Source of the DNA: an uncultured delta proteobacterium
GTDB lineage: Bacteria > Desulfobacterota > Desulfomonilia > UBA1062
NCBI GenBank assembly: GCA_963798485.1
Contig: CAWCTR010000021.1
Location: 32,001 to 96,000, forward strand
Direction: 5' to 3'
DNA length: 64,000 bases
A program made the position numbers and the translations under genes. Of this stretch, positions 29,563 through 39,450 are shown piece by piece (position 1 is the first letter of the stretch; each line of letters opens with the position of its first letter). The notes below the pieces were generated by a model. That model saw only the letters and a list, made by a program, of their open reading frames with translations, was not told where the DNA came from and did no database searches.

Positions 29563-31468
29563 TCAGCCGATTATCGTCCTCAATCTTTTTATCACGCCCG
29601 GAAAATGATGCTGGTCGGTGTGCGGCAGGAAGAGCGCAGCCATATACTGATCCATATAACCCGGGAAGGTGCTCAGATCGATATAGGTCATCCGTTTGGT
29701 CAATACCATCTGGGCATCTCTGATTTCCTTGGATAGGAGGCAAAGGCCTGACCCCAACAGAGAGGCATTCCCGAGGTAATGGAACCTCTCAACAGGTATT
29801 TCAGGGAGCAGGCCGATGACTATGGCATTATCGAGGTTAAGGAACCGGCCGAATCCGCCTGCTATATAAAACATGGAAATATCGTGGTAGGTGATGCCGA
29901 CCTGCTTGAGCAGTAAAGAGGCGGCTGAATAGATGGCGGCCTTGGCGCGCATGAGATTATCGATGTCGTTTTCGCTGAGTATTATGGGTCTGCCGCTGCA
30001 TGAGTCCTGGGCCTCTGAGAGTGTATAATAAGCCCGTCTGCCGTTGATGTGTATGAACGGGCTTGGCCTGGTCCGGTCGAATTTCCCTGAAGGATCTATC
30101 CAGCCTGTCAGGAAGAGCCCGGCAATCAGATCTATCATGCCGGACCCACAAATGCCCGACGGATTACCCTTGCCGATGGTAGTGTACCGGGCCCTGCCGG
30201 TATCCGGATCGATACTCACCGAGTCTATGGCGCCAATGGTGGCCCGCATGCCGCAATCGATGCCGCTGCCTTCAAAGGCCGGTCCAGCAGAACAGGCGCA
30301 GGTCATGAGAAAATCCTTGTTGCCCACCACGATTTCACCATTGGTGCCGATATCCATGAAGAGGCAGATATTGTCGGTATTTTTTGCAAGGTCTGTCGTG
30401 AGGAGTCCTGCGGTGATGTCCCCACCCACATAGCTGCCCACACAGCCAGACAGGGTAACAAAGGCTTGCGCGTGGATGTCGAGCCCCAGTTCCGAGGCTT
30501 GTAATGGTGCCGTGTGCAGCATCGTTGGCGTATAGGGCTCCAGCCGCAGGTATTCCGGTTTGAGACCCAGGAACAGATGCGTCATGATGGTATTGCCCGA
30601 TATGCGGCAACAGGTGATTGCTTCCTTTCTGTGGTGGGAATCCGTGGTGGCCTCAACAATAAGACGGTTCACGGAATGCACGGCACGTGCCCGCAGGTCC
30701 TCCAGCCGCTCCTTGGTAGCGGCGTAATTGATCCTGCTTATGACATCGAGCCCGCAGTGGACCTGGTCGTTGTACCCGTTTCTGGTTGATACCACCTTGC
30801 CGCTTTCCAGGTCGATGAGCTGCACGGAGATGGTCGTGGTCCCGAGGTCAACGGCTATCCCAAGGTTCATGGAAGCATTTTCACCGCTTATGATATCAAT
30901 GACACGGGCCTGGTAGTCATTCGCGGCTACGGTCAGTGTCACCAGGCCGTCCTGTTCACGCAAGGCATCTGCGAGTTTCCGTACGACCGGTAAAGGGTAG
31001 GCGATATCCTGATCCGGGAAAAGTGCAATGAGGCTGCCATCAACCCTGTCAAGGTCCGACAGGCCGTCTTCCCGTCCGGGTTTGGGGATGGACAAGCTGA
31101 CTTTTTCCGTGAGGGGGGAAAGGTGGGGCAGGGGAGGAACAGTGTTCACAGATGGGATCGATGCTGTCATCCATACCCGCAGTCGTCGCATGGGCGGACT
31201 GATCAGGGATGTTGATGGTGACATCGGATGTAACTGATGACCGGCAGGCAATGACAAACCCGGATTCCCTCTCTTCATCGCTTGGTGCAATGCCCGATTT
31301 TTCAGCGATGGTTCCCTGGTCCACCCGGACAAGGCATTTCCCGCAGGTGCCTTTTCCCCCGCAGGGAAGGTCGATCATGACCCCTGCTACGAGTGCTGCA
31401 TCGGAAAGCAACGTGCCGGAAGGGACGTCTATGGTTTTCTTGCTGGGAAGAAAGGTTATTTCCGGCAT
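29563..31468 (-). pseudogene. ASKHA/DUF4445 RACo-like reductive activator of corrinoid proteins, frameshifted
   Basis: N-terminal 2Fe-2S domain (CGGKGTCGKC..ACR) in one frame; DLGTTT, DIGTNGE, CSAGPAFEG, GICGSG, AGGFG in the adjacent frame; switch near 31140. Confidence 0.82.
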
Positions 31469-31490
31469 ATTGATTTCAGTCTTACCTTTA

Positions 31491-31769
31491 TTAATGAACC
31501 CTTTTTAGAATCTGCTGATAGATCTTTTCCCTGTGTATGATGCCAAGAATCAGAATAGTATCACCCTTGATTTTGAATACGATCCTATATTCACCCACTC
31601 TCAGGCGCCAGTATCCCTTCAGCGATCTTTGCAACGGTTTGGCGAATTTTTCAGGTTGTATTGCCAGGCGATCTTCGATTGCCTTCCTGATGATTGCCTT
31701 GTTTCTTTCGTCTATCTCTTTCAGATCACTCTTCTTAACGTCGGCATGGTATACGAAGGTATATGCCAT
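31491..31769 (-). CDS. RelE/ParE family toxin
   Basis: 92 aa basic protein; LKGYWRLRVGEYRIVF, HREKIY. Confidence 0.9.
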   Translation of the reverse strand: MAYTFVYHADVKKSDLKEIDERNKAIIRKAIEDRLAIQPEKFAKPLQRSLKGYWRLRVGEYRIVFKIKGDTILILGIIHREKIYQQILKRVH

Positions 31770-31778
31770 CTGGACAAA

Positions 31779-32006
31779 TCAGGACCATACATCGTCGTGG
31801 GATAGGGGGGGCATATCATCCAGGGTCTTTTCCCTGTTCTCGGCGAGATCTGCAAGGATGAGATCTTCCTCTATTTCCAGCGCCTCTTTGATGAGATCGC
31901 TTGCCTTATTCGATATGGATACACCTTCTTTCTTGGCAAGAAAGCGCACTTTCAGATACACCTGCTCATTTAAAAGGACGTTGATTCTCGGATTCCTTGC
32001 CGGCAT
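31779..32006 (-). CDS. RHH-type antitoxin
   Basis: MPARNPRINV..LAKKEGVSIS..acidic C-terminus LSHDDVW, immediately upstream of relE. Confidence 0.82.
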   Translation of the reverse strand: MPARNPRINVLLNEQVYLKVRFLAKKEGVSISNKASDLIKEALEIEEDLILADLAENREKTLDDMPPLSHDDVWS

Positions 32007-32038
32007 GTTATCTTCTCCCCTTGAACATTCTCTCAATA

Positions 32039-32067
32039 AGTGTTGCACAAGTGGTGCACTTTGTCAA
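32039..32067 (-). promoter_or_regulatory. Sigma70 promoter and operator of the relE TA operon
   Basis: Minus strand TTGACA-17-AACACT, overlapped by imperfect palindrome ACAAGTG-GTG-CACTTTGT. Confidence 0.55.
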
Positions 32068-32324
32068 CTAAGTTTGCACATTAATATTTTAGAACCAACG
32101 CCCTCGTCATTGACAACTTTGGTTAGCGGTTCATGAATATGCACATGAACTGCATGGTGGGTGTTCAGGTTTCATGAAGGCGAGATGGGCTAGGATGGAT
32201 AGGAAAAATCGCTCCAGTTTTTGTATGTTGTAGAACGGGATCATGTAATGTATTGTTCAACCATTAGAATTTACAACTTAAGATCGACTTCTGAGATGAA
32301 ATGATTATGGGGTAAGGAGTTCTC

Positions 32325-33440
32325 TTGCCTGATATCGTCTTGAGAATCATGGTGGAGATAATCACCTTCGGCGTCGGGTTTTCCCTTGTTTTTGCGATTG
32401 CCCAAATCTGCAGAAAAGACCCGGACCTGTCGAACTATCTCAACTTCCTGGTTTTTCTGGGGAACAGCATCATCCAGCTGTTTGTAGTGCTGAAGGTGAA
32501 GAACGTCATCCAGGAATACCCCCTTGCTACCTTTCTTTCCCTGTCGGCGATTTTCTTTATCGGCCCTGCAAATTATCTGTATCATTATATTCTGCTGAAT
32601 CCGGCAAAGACGGTGTCGGTCAGGTTGAAGATTCAATTCGTCCCTGCAGCAGCCGCCCTCATCTGCGAGATTCTCTTCCAGCTCCTGCCGCTGGATCTGA
32701 AAAGACAATACCTGACCGAGCTGATCGACTCGCCGCTGTACCATTGGTTCACGCTCGTACTGGCGTCCGGTGCGATCTTTAACTTTGTCTATTTCCTGAT
32801 TATGTTCAGGCTGGGGCTCACAGTCCTGAAGAGTGAGAACATACGGACGCAGGTCCTTATGATACTGGCTGCCTTTTTCTCAACGCTGGTATCCATTATC
32901 CTTCTCTCCCTGGGTTTTCTGCTCGGTTCGGACCCCATGCTGCTCATGGGCGGGACGATTATAACTTTCATAAATATCTCTATGTTCCTGTCCAATATGA
33001 GGTATCCCAACTTCTACCGGCTCATCGAGAATGAGATCAAGAAGAACAGGTACGAAAGGTCTCTTCTCAAAGGGCTGGACACCGAGGTCGTCTTTGAGCG
33101 CCTGACCTATCTGATGGGTGTAGAAAATATCTATAAGGATTTTGACTTGAGCCTTGAAGGCCTTGCGCAGATGATGTCCATCACCCCCCACCAGCTGTCC
33201 CAGTTCATGAACGAGAGGCTGGGTACCAATTTTCGTAATTATATAAACTCGTACCGGATCGAGGAGGCGAAGAAGATACTCATCAGTGAGTCGGACAAGA
33301 ATATTCTCACGATCTGTTACGATGTCGGGTTCAACTCGAAATCTACCTTCAACCATTGTTTCAAAAAATATACGAACAAAACACCCTCCGAGTTCCGCCT
33401 GGAGTATCAGTCAGAGGATAAGAACGGACCGGATCTATAA
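32325..33440 (+). CDS. Membrane-anchored AraC family transcriptional regulator
   Basis: About 7 TM helices then AraC HTH (HQLSQFMN, RIEEAK, VGFNSKSTFN, TPSEFR). Confidence 0.9.
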   Translation: MPDIVLRIMVEIITFGVGFSLVFAIAQICRKDPDLSNYLNFLVFLGNSIIQLFVVLKVKNVIQEYPLATFLSLSAIFFIGPANYLYHYILLNPAKTVSVRLKIQFVPAAAALICEILFQLLPLDLKRQYLTELIDSPLYHWFTLVLASGAIFNFVYFLIMFRLGLTVLKSENIRTQVLMILAAFFSTLVSIILLSLGFLLGSDPMLLMGGTIITFINISMFLSNMRYPNFYRLIENEIKKNRYERSLLKGLDTEVVFERLTYLMGVENIYKDFDLSLEGLAQMMSITPHQLSQFMNERLGTNFRNYINSYRIEEAKKILISESDKNILTICYDVGFNSKSTFNHCFKKYTNKTPSEFRLEYQSEDKNGPDL

Positions 33441-33627
33441 ATCCGTCTGTCTGCACTGCCATTATCGACAGGTCTGGTGCAAGGCCATGAGCCGGTAAAC
33501 CACAAAATCATACAAAAATAATTATCCCGGAGTGCGGATTTATAAACCCAGGCGACAGGAGCCTTCCCAACGCCTAATCTTTGGAACAAAATTTAGAACT
33601 GAAATTATTTGAAAGGAGGTATTTATC

Positions 33628-35145
33628 ATGGGTTTAACCAGACCGGAGACATCCGGATATCCTTCGGCAAGCCTCGGCTTCATAGATACCCTGAACAGTC
33701 TTGAGGCACAGCATCGTCTTCCTGCACGGATCAAGGCGGATTTTCATGAGGCCATACGGTTGGCTAGGGAGTTCAATGACGAGGTCCTCCGCCCGGTCTA
33801 CTTAGGAGTAGACAGAAAGGTCATGGAAGACAACGAATACCTGCCCCTGGATTTCATCAGAGAGGCGAACGAATGGGGCCTGTACACCCTCTGGATACCC
33901 AAGATGTATGGCGGTCAGGGGATGAATATGCTTTCCCTGTATACCTTCATGGAGGAGCTGTCATCGGTCTGTGCGGGGCTGGCAAACCTCATCGGAGCCC
34001 ATTATCTGGGGGTTTCTGTGTTGTGCTCGTCGTGCAACATGAAGATCACCAACAGGATACTCCGTGATGTGGTGAGCGAGGCGAAAAAGGGAAACCCCTG
34101 CCTCATCTCGCTGGCCTGGACAGAGCCCGGTGCAGGGACCGACCAGGTGGAGGCCCCGCTTCTTGACAAGGCAAAGGTCAGGACGCAGGCCTCTAAAGTT
34201 GCAGGGGGCTATGTGGTTAACGGAAGCAAGGTGTTCATCTCTGCCGGACATCTGAGCACCTGGCACATGCTCATCTGCTATGAGGATGTAAAGAAGCCTG
34301 CAGATTCCCTGATCATGCTTGCCGTAAAGACCGGGATGAAGGGGTTCACCTTCGGCCATAAAGAGCACAAAATGGGGCAGAAGGCATGCGTGGCCAGCGA
34401 GCTGATCTTTGAAGACTGCTTTGTGCCGGATGAAAATGTCTGCTTTTCAAAGGATCAGGTCAGGCGTCTTAACATCACGGCAAAAGAGGCCGGCCTGAAA
34501 ATGATCGGCATGTTCCCTAGCGTGACCCAGCCCGGGGTCGCTTCCATTTCCACCGGCATTGCCCGCGCTGCCTGTGAGGCGGCCATAGAATATGCCGCGA
34601 AAAAGAAGGTCGCAGGCGAATTGCTGATCAACCAGGAATGGGTGCAGATGGTCATTGCGGACATGTATACGAATGTGGTGGCGGCACGGACCATATACAT
34701 GGAGGCTGCCTATGCCGCCGGGCTTATGAGCATGCTCCGGCTGCTTTTCAACAAGGCGTTGTTCTACCTCACGCTCTATACACCTGCCTGGGTCTTTACC
34801 CTGTTTGTTTCACCCTTGTTCAACCTGGAGATTGTCAATCATATCTACCGGAAGCTGAACTTCGAATGGACCAGCGCCGAGGATGAAAGGCACATGTCAG
34901 GGCTCGGCTCCCTGACGAAATTCTCGTGCAGCGACATGGCTGTGGCCAATTGCAACATGGCCCTGGATCTTATGGGTGCAGACGGAACAAGGCACGATGT
35001 CGGGGCGGAGAAGCTGCTCCGCGATGCAAAGCTGCTCCAGATCTATGAGGGGACGAACGAGGCCAACAGGATCAATCTCTTTTCCCAGCACATCGCACAT
35101 ACCATGCCCGGTGTCCGGGTATTCGAAGAAGGATTAAGGGGGTAG
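33628..35145 (+). CDS. Acyl-CoA dehydrogenase
   Basis: TEPGAGTD, NGSKVFIS, KMGQKA, MGADG, RDAKLLQIYEGT. Confidence 0.9.
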   Translation: MGLTRPETSGYPSASLGFIDTLNSLEAQHRLPARIKADFHEAIRLAREFNDEVLRPVYLGVDRKVMEDNEYLPLDFIREANEWGLYTLWIPKMYGGQGMNMLSLYTFMEELSSVCAGLANLIGAHYLGVSVLCSSCNMKITNRILRDVVSEAKKGNPCLISLAWTEPGAGTDQVEAPLLDKAKVRTQASKVAGGYVVNGSKVFISAGHLSTWHMLICYEDVKKPADSLIMLAVKTGMKGFTFGHKEHKMGQKACVASELIFEDCFVPDENVCFSKDQVRRLNITAKEAGLKMIGMFPSVTQPGVASISTGIARAACEAAIEYAAKKKVAGELLINQEWVQMVIADMYTNVVAARTIYMEAAYAAGLMSMLRLLFNKALFYLTLYTPAWVFTLFVSPLFNLEIVNHIYRKLNFEWTSAEDERHMSGLGSLTKFSCSDMAVANCNMALDLMGADGTRHDVGAEKLLRDAKLLQIYEGTNEANRINLFSQHIAHTMPGVRVFEEGLRG

Positions 35146-35148
35146 ACC

Positions 35149-36291
35149 ATGAACAATCCGGCATTTGCGGAACAAATTGAAGAGCTCAGGGCGTTCAATG
35201 ACATGGCGCACAGCTTTGCGAAAAAAGAGCTCTCTGCGCATGTTCACGAATATGAATTTCCCTATGAAATCGGGATAGCCGGTGTGATGGAGACAGCCAG
35301 GGAGGCCGGGCTGTTCGGCATCAACCTCCCCATGGAATGGGGCGGGACCGGGCTGAATGCATCTGCCCTTTCCGGCATCATGGAAGAGATCAGCGGCATA
35401 GATGCAGCCATGGCAGGGGTGCTCTTTACCCATGCAGCAGCACTGGAGGTCATATCCGTTGCCGCAGAGTCGGATAAAGGGAACTGCGGGTCCGTTTACA
35501 AGCCGGCAACAGGGCCGGATAGTGTCCCCCTGGCATTCCAGTCCTATGCATCTCCTGACGAAATCGATCTCCCCGAAGTTTCGGGAGAGGGCACACTGCT
35601 GTTGAACGGCAAGCTACCATTCCTCGCTCTCGGAGGCATTGCCCGCTATGCGGTCGCAGTCGGAGCCAGGAAGGGAGACAAGGCATTTTCCTACTATCTC
35701 ATCGATCTGTCGGAACACGGTGTGACGAAGTCAGAACCCATACTCACCCTGGGCTTTCAGGCCTGCCAGGCCGTCGACATCGACATGAAGGATGTGCCGG
35801 GTCTGCTGATCGGGTCTGAAGGCAAAGGAGAGATCTATTTTCATACCATGCTCTCACGCATGTCCCTGCCGGCTGCCGCAATTTCGCTGGGCATCATGGA
35901 GGGTTCATTCAAAGAGGCCATTGATTATGCCGGAGAGCGTTATCAGGGGGGGCGCAACATCGTGGACTGGTCAGCGGTCCGTATGAAACTCGCCGATATG
36001 GCAATCGGGGTAGAGGTGGGCATGAGCTGCCTCTTCGGAATCCGTTGCGCATGGGATGCGAACTCAACGAATGGAGACAGGTCTGCCCTTGCGGCGGCAA
36101 TCCACATCGGCGATCTGGCCTGCAGCATGGCTTCCGAGGGTGTCCAGCTGCTGGGGGGCAACGGGTACATGAAGGACTACGGCCAGGAAAAGAGGATGAG
36201 GGATGCCAGGCAGGCCAGATCCCTGCTGGGAATGAGCGGCTTGAAAAAGATGAAATATATCGAGAGAATCATCGAGGAGGCAAAGGTATGA
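35149..36291 (+). CDS. Acyl-CoA dehydrogenase-like subunit lacking catalytic Glu
   Basis: RYQGG, QLLGGNGYMKDY, RDARQARSLLG in place of IYEG. Confidence 0.85.
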   Translation: MNNPAFAEQIEELRAFNDMAHSFAKKELSAHVHEYEFPYEIGIAGVMETAREAGLFGINLPMEWGGTGLNASALSGIMEEISGIDAAMAGVLFTHAAALEVISVAAESDKGNCGSVYKPATGPDSVPLAFQSYASPDEIDLPEVSGEGTLLLNGKLPFLALGGIARYAVAVGARKGDKAFSYYLIDLSEHGVTKSEPILTLGFQACQAVDIDMKDVPGLLIGSEGKGEIYFHTMLSRMSLPAAAISLGIMEGSFKEAIDYAGERYQGGRNIVDWSAVRMKLADMAIGVEVGMSCLFGIRCAWDANSTNGDRSALAAAIHIGDLACSMASEGVQLLGGNGYMKDYGQEKRMRDARQARSLLGMSGLKKMKYIERIIEEAKV

Positions 36292-37068
36292 AAAAGGGCA
36301 TACTGGATAGAAACAATTTTTTTAATGGCCTGGACCAGATCGAGCACAAGGACTACGATGTCAAGCTGCCGATCTTCTATTATGACAACACTGCTATGAG
36401 CGCCATCTACACAGCCTCTACCAGGAAGGTGAGAAAGGAGCTCCCTTCAGCCGACATGCATCCTGTGGAGATGTTCCCGGGCAGGTGTCTGATGGTGTTT
36501 ACCGCCTTCGAGTACCGCAAGACGGATATCGACCCGTACAATGAATTCAGCATCGCAGCAGTCATATCCTATGGCAAGAGGGCCATCCCGGGATTGACCT
36601 CCCTTTCGTATATGCTCAAGGATTGTTTCACCGCCTACATACTCCACCTTCCCGTAACCTCCGAGAGGGCGCGCCGTGGAGGGGTCGAGATGGCGGGATA
36701 TCCGAAATTCCTGGCCGACATCTCCTTTGCCCAGGAGAAAGGATACACCACGTGCACGGTAGCGGAGAACGGTAAGAGGATCCTGTCGCTGAGGGGAAAG
36801 AATATAAAGACATCACGGGGCAGGCTTACGAAGTATATCATCCACACCATGAAGAATGGTATTCCGCTGAAGGCGAATCTCTATATAAACCCAAAACAGT
36901 ATTGCCAGACCATCGGATTTGGCGCCGCCAGGCTGGATATCGGAAGCGGCCACAGGATATGCACCGAACTGCAGTGACATGGGATTGAGCCGGCTGCCGG
37001 TCTTGTATCAGTACATGCCGTCTTATGAGGCAATCCTTTTCAATTCAAAAAATCTCATCGACGATTAG
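36288..37068 (+). pseudogene. Acetoacetate decarboxylase-like family protein, frameshift near 3' end
   Basis: FEYRKTDIDPYNEF, LPVTSE..GVEMAGYPK; TGA at 36975-36977, with C-terminus DMGLSRLPVLYQYMPSYEAILFNSKNLIDD* continuing in the +1 frame to 9 nt before the SDR. Confidence 0.72.
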
Positions 37069-37077
37069 GGGGGGGTC

Positions 37078-37929
37078 ATGGGCAAGAGAGACATCAGTGG
37101 AAAAACGGCGGTCATCACCGGGGCGGCCTCGGGAATAGGAAGAGGGCTGGCCCTTGCTTTGGCAAAAGAGCAATGCACCATTCTCCTGGCCGATATCAAT
37201 GAGGCAGGACTCAAGCAGACATGCGAGATGGTACGGCAGCAAGGGGGCAAACCAGAGGTGTTTCTCTGCGATGTATCCAAACTCGATGATGTCATAAGGA
37301 TGGCCGACCATTGCTTTCATGCATGGGGAAAGGTCGACCTCCTCATCAACAACGCAGGCGTAGCCTCAGTCGGATTCATGGGCGACATCCCGATCAAGGA
37401 TTGGGAGTGGATCGTTTCCATCAACTTCTGGGGCGTGGTGTACGGCTGTCATGCCTTTGTCCCGAGGATGAAGAAACAGGGGAGCGGGCATATCGTGAAC
37501 GTGGCCTCCGCTGCGGGCATCCTCTCTTCCTCTGAGATGGCCCCGTACAATGCGACAAAGGCCGCGGTCATCTCCATTTCAGAGACACTCAAGAGCGAGC
37601 TCGCCCCGTATAACATCGGGGTGACGGTGATCTGCCCCACATTCATCAAGACAAATCTCATGGAGAAGCTGAGATGCACGGACGAGTTCCAGAGGCAGTG
37701 CTCAACTACAGGCGTGGACAATGCGAGGTGGACACCGGAGATGATTGCCAATCAGGTGGTCGATGCCGTGAAAAAGGACAAGATGTATGTGGTTCCGCAG
37801 GCGGCAGCGAAGATATTATGGATATCCAAGCGCATATCCCCTTCTGGCTTCTTTGGATTCCAGGCATTTCTCATGCGTATGGGATGGGCGAGAAAACTCA
37901 TGTTCCATATGGCGAAGATGGGGTTCTGA
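37078..37929 (+). CDS. Short-chain dehydrogenase/reductase
   Basis: TGAASGIG, NNAG, VNVASAAG, YNATK. Confidence 0.93.
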   Translation: MGKRDISGKTAVITGAASGIGRGLALALAKEQCTILLADINEAGLKQTCEMVRQQGGKPEVFLCDVSKLDDVIRMADHCFHAWGKVDLLINNAGVASVGFMGDIPIKDWEWIVSINFWGVVYGCHAFVPRMKKQGSGHIVNVASAAGILSSSEMAPYNATKAAVISISETLKSELAPYNIGVTVICPTFIKTNLMEKLRCTDEFQRQCSTTGVDNARWTPEMIANQVVDAVKKDKMYVVPQAAAKILWISKRISPSGFFGFQAFLMRMGWARKLMFHMAKMGF

Positions 37930-37940
37930 AATCTTCCCCC

Positions 37941-37988
37941 TGGAGTCCCCTCTCCCCGTGCGGGAGAGGGACAGGGTGAGGGGTAAAT
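37941..37988 (+). repeat. REP-like hairpin repeat, family 1 copy 1
   Basis: TGGAGTCCCCTCTCCCCGTGCGGGAGAGGGACAGGGTGAGGGGTAAAT; 46/48 identical to 38628-38675. Confidence 0.88.
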
Positions 37989-38018
37989 CACCTTGTTCAT
38001 TGAAGGCTCTGAAGTTGA

Positions 38019-38083
38019 GGAAGAAATGGGAACGGGTTCATATTGAAGGTGTGAGAAATGTGAACCTGTTTCCAATTTCTTCC
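38019..38083. repeat. Long imperfect inverted repeat
   Basis: GGAAGAAATGGGAACGGGTTCA ... TGAACCTGTTTCCAATTTCTTCC; a related half-site TGAACCCGTCCCCCAATTCC lies at ~38604-38623. Confidence 0.7.
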
Positions 38084-38151
38084 ACTCACGGCACTTGATT
38101 TCCATTCGCAAACCCCTATGAAACTACCATCCGGTAGCAAGGAGGTGCCTC

Positions 38152-38451
38152 ATGAGCAGTGCTGAAGTATTCAATCGATCGTGGTTTTCACGATTCATCA
38201 ATAGCCGGGCAGGCCGCGTTTTTCGCCTGGTCGCCGGTACGCTGTTTCTCGTTGTCGGGTATCTGTATCGGGATCATACGCTAGGCGTTATCTCCATGGT
38301 GTGGAGCGTGGTCCCGTTGAGCGCCGGGGCGTTCGACATGTGCTTTATCAGTGCGATCCTGGGAGGCCCGTTGTTCGGGGCAAAGATCCGCGATTCACTA
38401 GATCAGCAGCACGACAATCAGCCCCACATGGCGGCCCAGAATACGAAGTAG
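38152..38451 (+). CDS. Small membrane protein, DUF2892/YgaP-like
   Basis: SD AAGGAGG; R..RLVAG, two TM helices, AGAFDMC..SAILG. Confidence 0.7.
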   Translation: MSSAEVFNRSWFSRFINSRAGRVFRLVAGTLFLVVGYLYRDHTLGVISMVWSVVPLSAGAFDMCFISAILGGPLFGAKIRDSLDQQHDNQPHMAAQNTK

Positions 38452-38517
38452 CCGTAGCGGTATTTCTGCCCCAAGTCGGCGAAGGAGTGGCCATGTCGGC
38501 CTTCGCGAAGAGGAAAT
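38445..38517 (+). repeat. ~73 bp structured direct repeat, copy A
   Basis: GAAGTAGCCGTAGCGGTATTTCTGCCCCAAGTCGGCGAAGGAG...AGAGGAAAT aligns to 39451-39522. Confidence 0.85.
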
Positions 38518-38627
38518 CTACACATTGGAACGAGATTCATAATCAAAAATAATTTCCGCATCTTTCTCTATCAAAATATACCTGCACGAAATGATCGAAA
38601 TGGTGAACCCGTCCCCCAATTCCTCCA

Positions 38628-38675
38628 TGGAGTCCCCTCTCCCCTTGCGGGAGAGGGACAGGGAGAGGGGTAAAT
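38628..38675 (+). repeat. REP-like hairpin repeat, family 1 copy 2
   Basis: TGGAGTCCCCTCTCCCCTTGCGGGAGAGGGACAGGGAGAGGGGTAAAT. Confidence 0.88.
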
Positions 38676-38740
38676 TATCTAATGCCCTAGTACCATCCTT
38701 ACATAAAGCCATTACTATTTTAATACTAACGCACTCATCA

Positions 38741-38769
38741 TTGACAGCCGATACCAATATTGATACTAT
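38741..38769 (+). promoter_or_regulatory. Sigma70 promoter of hicAB (leaderless transcript likely)
   Basis: TTGACA-17-TACTAT; ATG begins 6 nt after the -10 box with no SD. Confidence 0.7.
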
Positions 38770-38775
38770 AGAGTC

Positions 38776-39037
38776 ATGGGTGATATAAAAACCCTTATGG
38801 AGCAGATGAAGAATGCTCCGGCCAATGTTCGGTATACAGACCTGTGCAAGGTATGTGACCATTACTTTGGCAAGGCAAGGCAGGAGTCAAGCAGCCATAG
38901 GGTTTATAAAACGCCATGGCCGGGAGACCCGAGGGTGAACATTCTAAGGTGAAAAAGGGAAGGCCAAGGCATATCAAGTAAGGCAGGTATTGAAGGCAAT
39001 CGAGAAGATGGAGAGCAGACATGACTCTAAGGAATGA
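38776..39037 (+). pseudogene. HicA-like toxin, frameshifted
   Basis: MGDIKTL..NVRYTDLCKVCDHYFG..SSHRVYKTPWPGDPRVNI then TGA at 38950; deleting T38945 restores QGEKGKAKAYQVRQVLKAIEK. Confidence 0.8.
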
Positions 39038-39350
39038 TCACTATACCTATCGTGTTACCTGGCTTGAAGAAGACGGGGAATATGTCGGCCTGTGCGCTGA
39101 GTTCCCAAGTCTGAGCTGGCTTGCACAAACACCCGAGGCTGCTTTGAAGGGCATCCGTCAGGTTGTGGCAGATGTGGTTAAGGATATGAAAACATCCGGA
39201 GAGGAACCCCCGAAGGCACTGGCTTCTCGTCGATTCAGCGGTAAATTCTTGGTGCGCGTACCTCCAGAGGTTCACAAAAAACTCGCATTAGAAGCTGCCG
39301 AGAACGGCATAAGCCTTAACCGTCTGGCAAGTTTGAAACTCACCGGGTGA
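39021..39350 (+). CDS. HicB family antitoxin
   Basis: YTYRVTW..EYVGLCAEFPSLSW, C-terminal RHH SGKFLVRVPPEVH..ISLN. Confidence 0.88.
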   Translation: MTLRNDHYTYRVTWLEEDGEYVGLCAEFPSLSWLAQTPEAALKGIRQVVADVVKDMKTSGEEPPKALASRRFSGKFLVRVPPEVHKKLALEAAENGISLNRLASLKLTG

Positions 39351-39450
39351 TAGACAAGAAGGAAGAAGGTTAGAGGTAAATGGGATCATGATTGAACAAA
39401 ACTTCTAACCAAATTTTCTTATAAACTAGTATGGTGTCCTCAGATTTTCA

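Noticed and set aside
31533-32136. Plus-strand 90 and 199 aa ORFs
   Set aside because: Antisense to the well-supported relE/antitoxin pair
36975-36977. TGA as selenocysteine or read-through in the ADC-like gene
   Set aside because: Read-through gives a short unrecognisable peptide and another TGA; the plausible C-terminus is in the +1 frame
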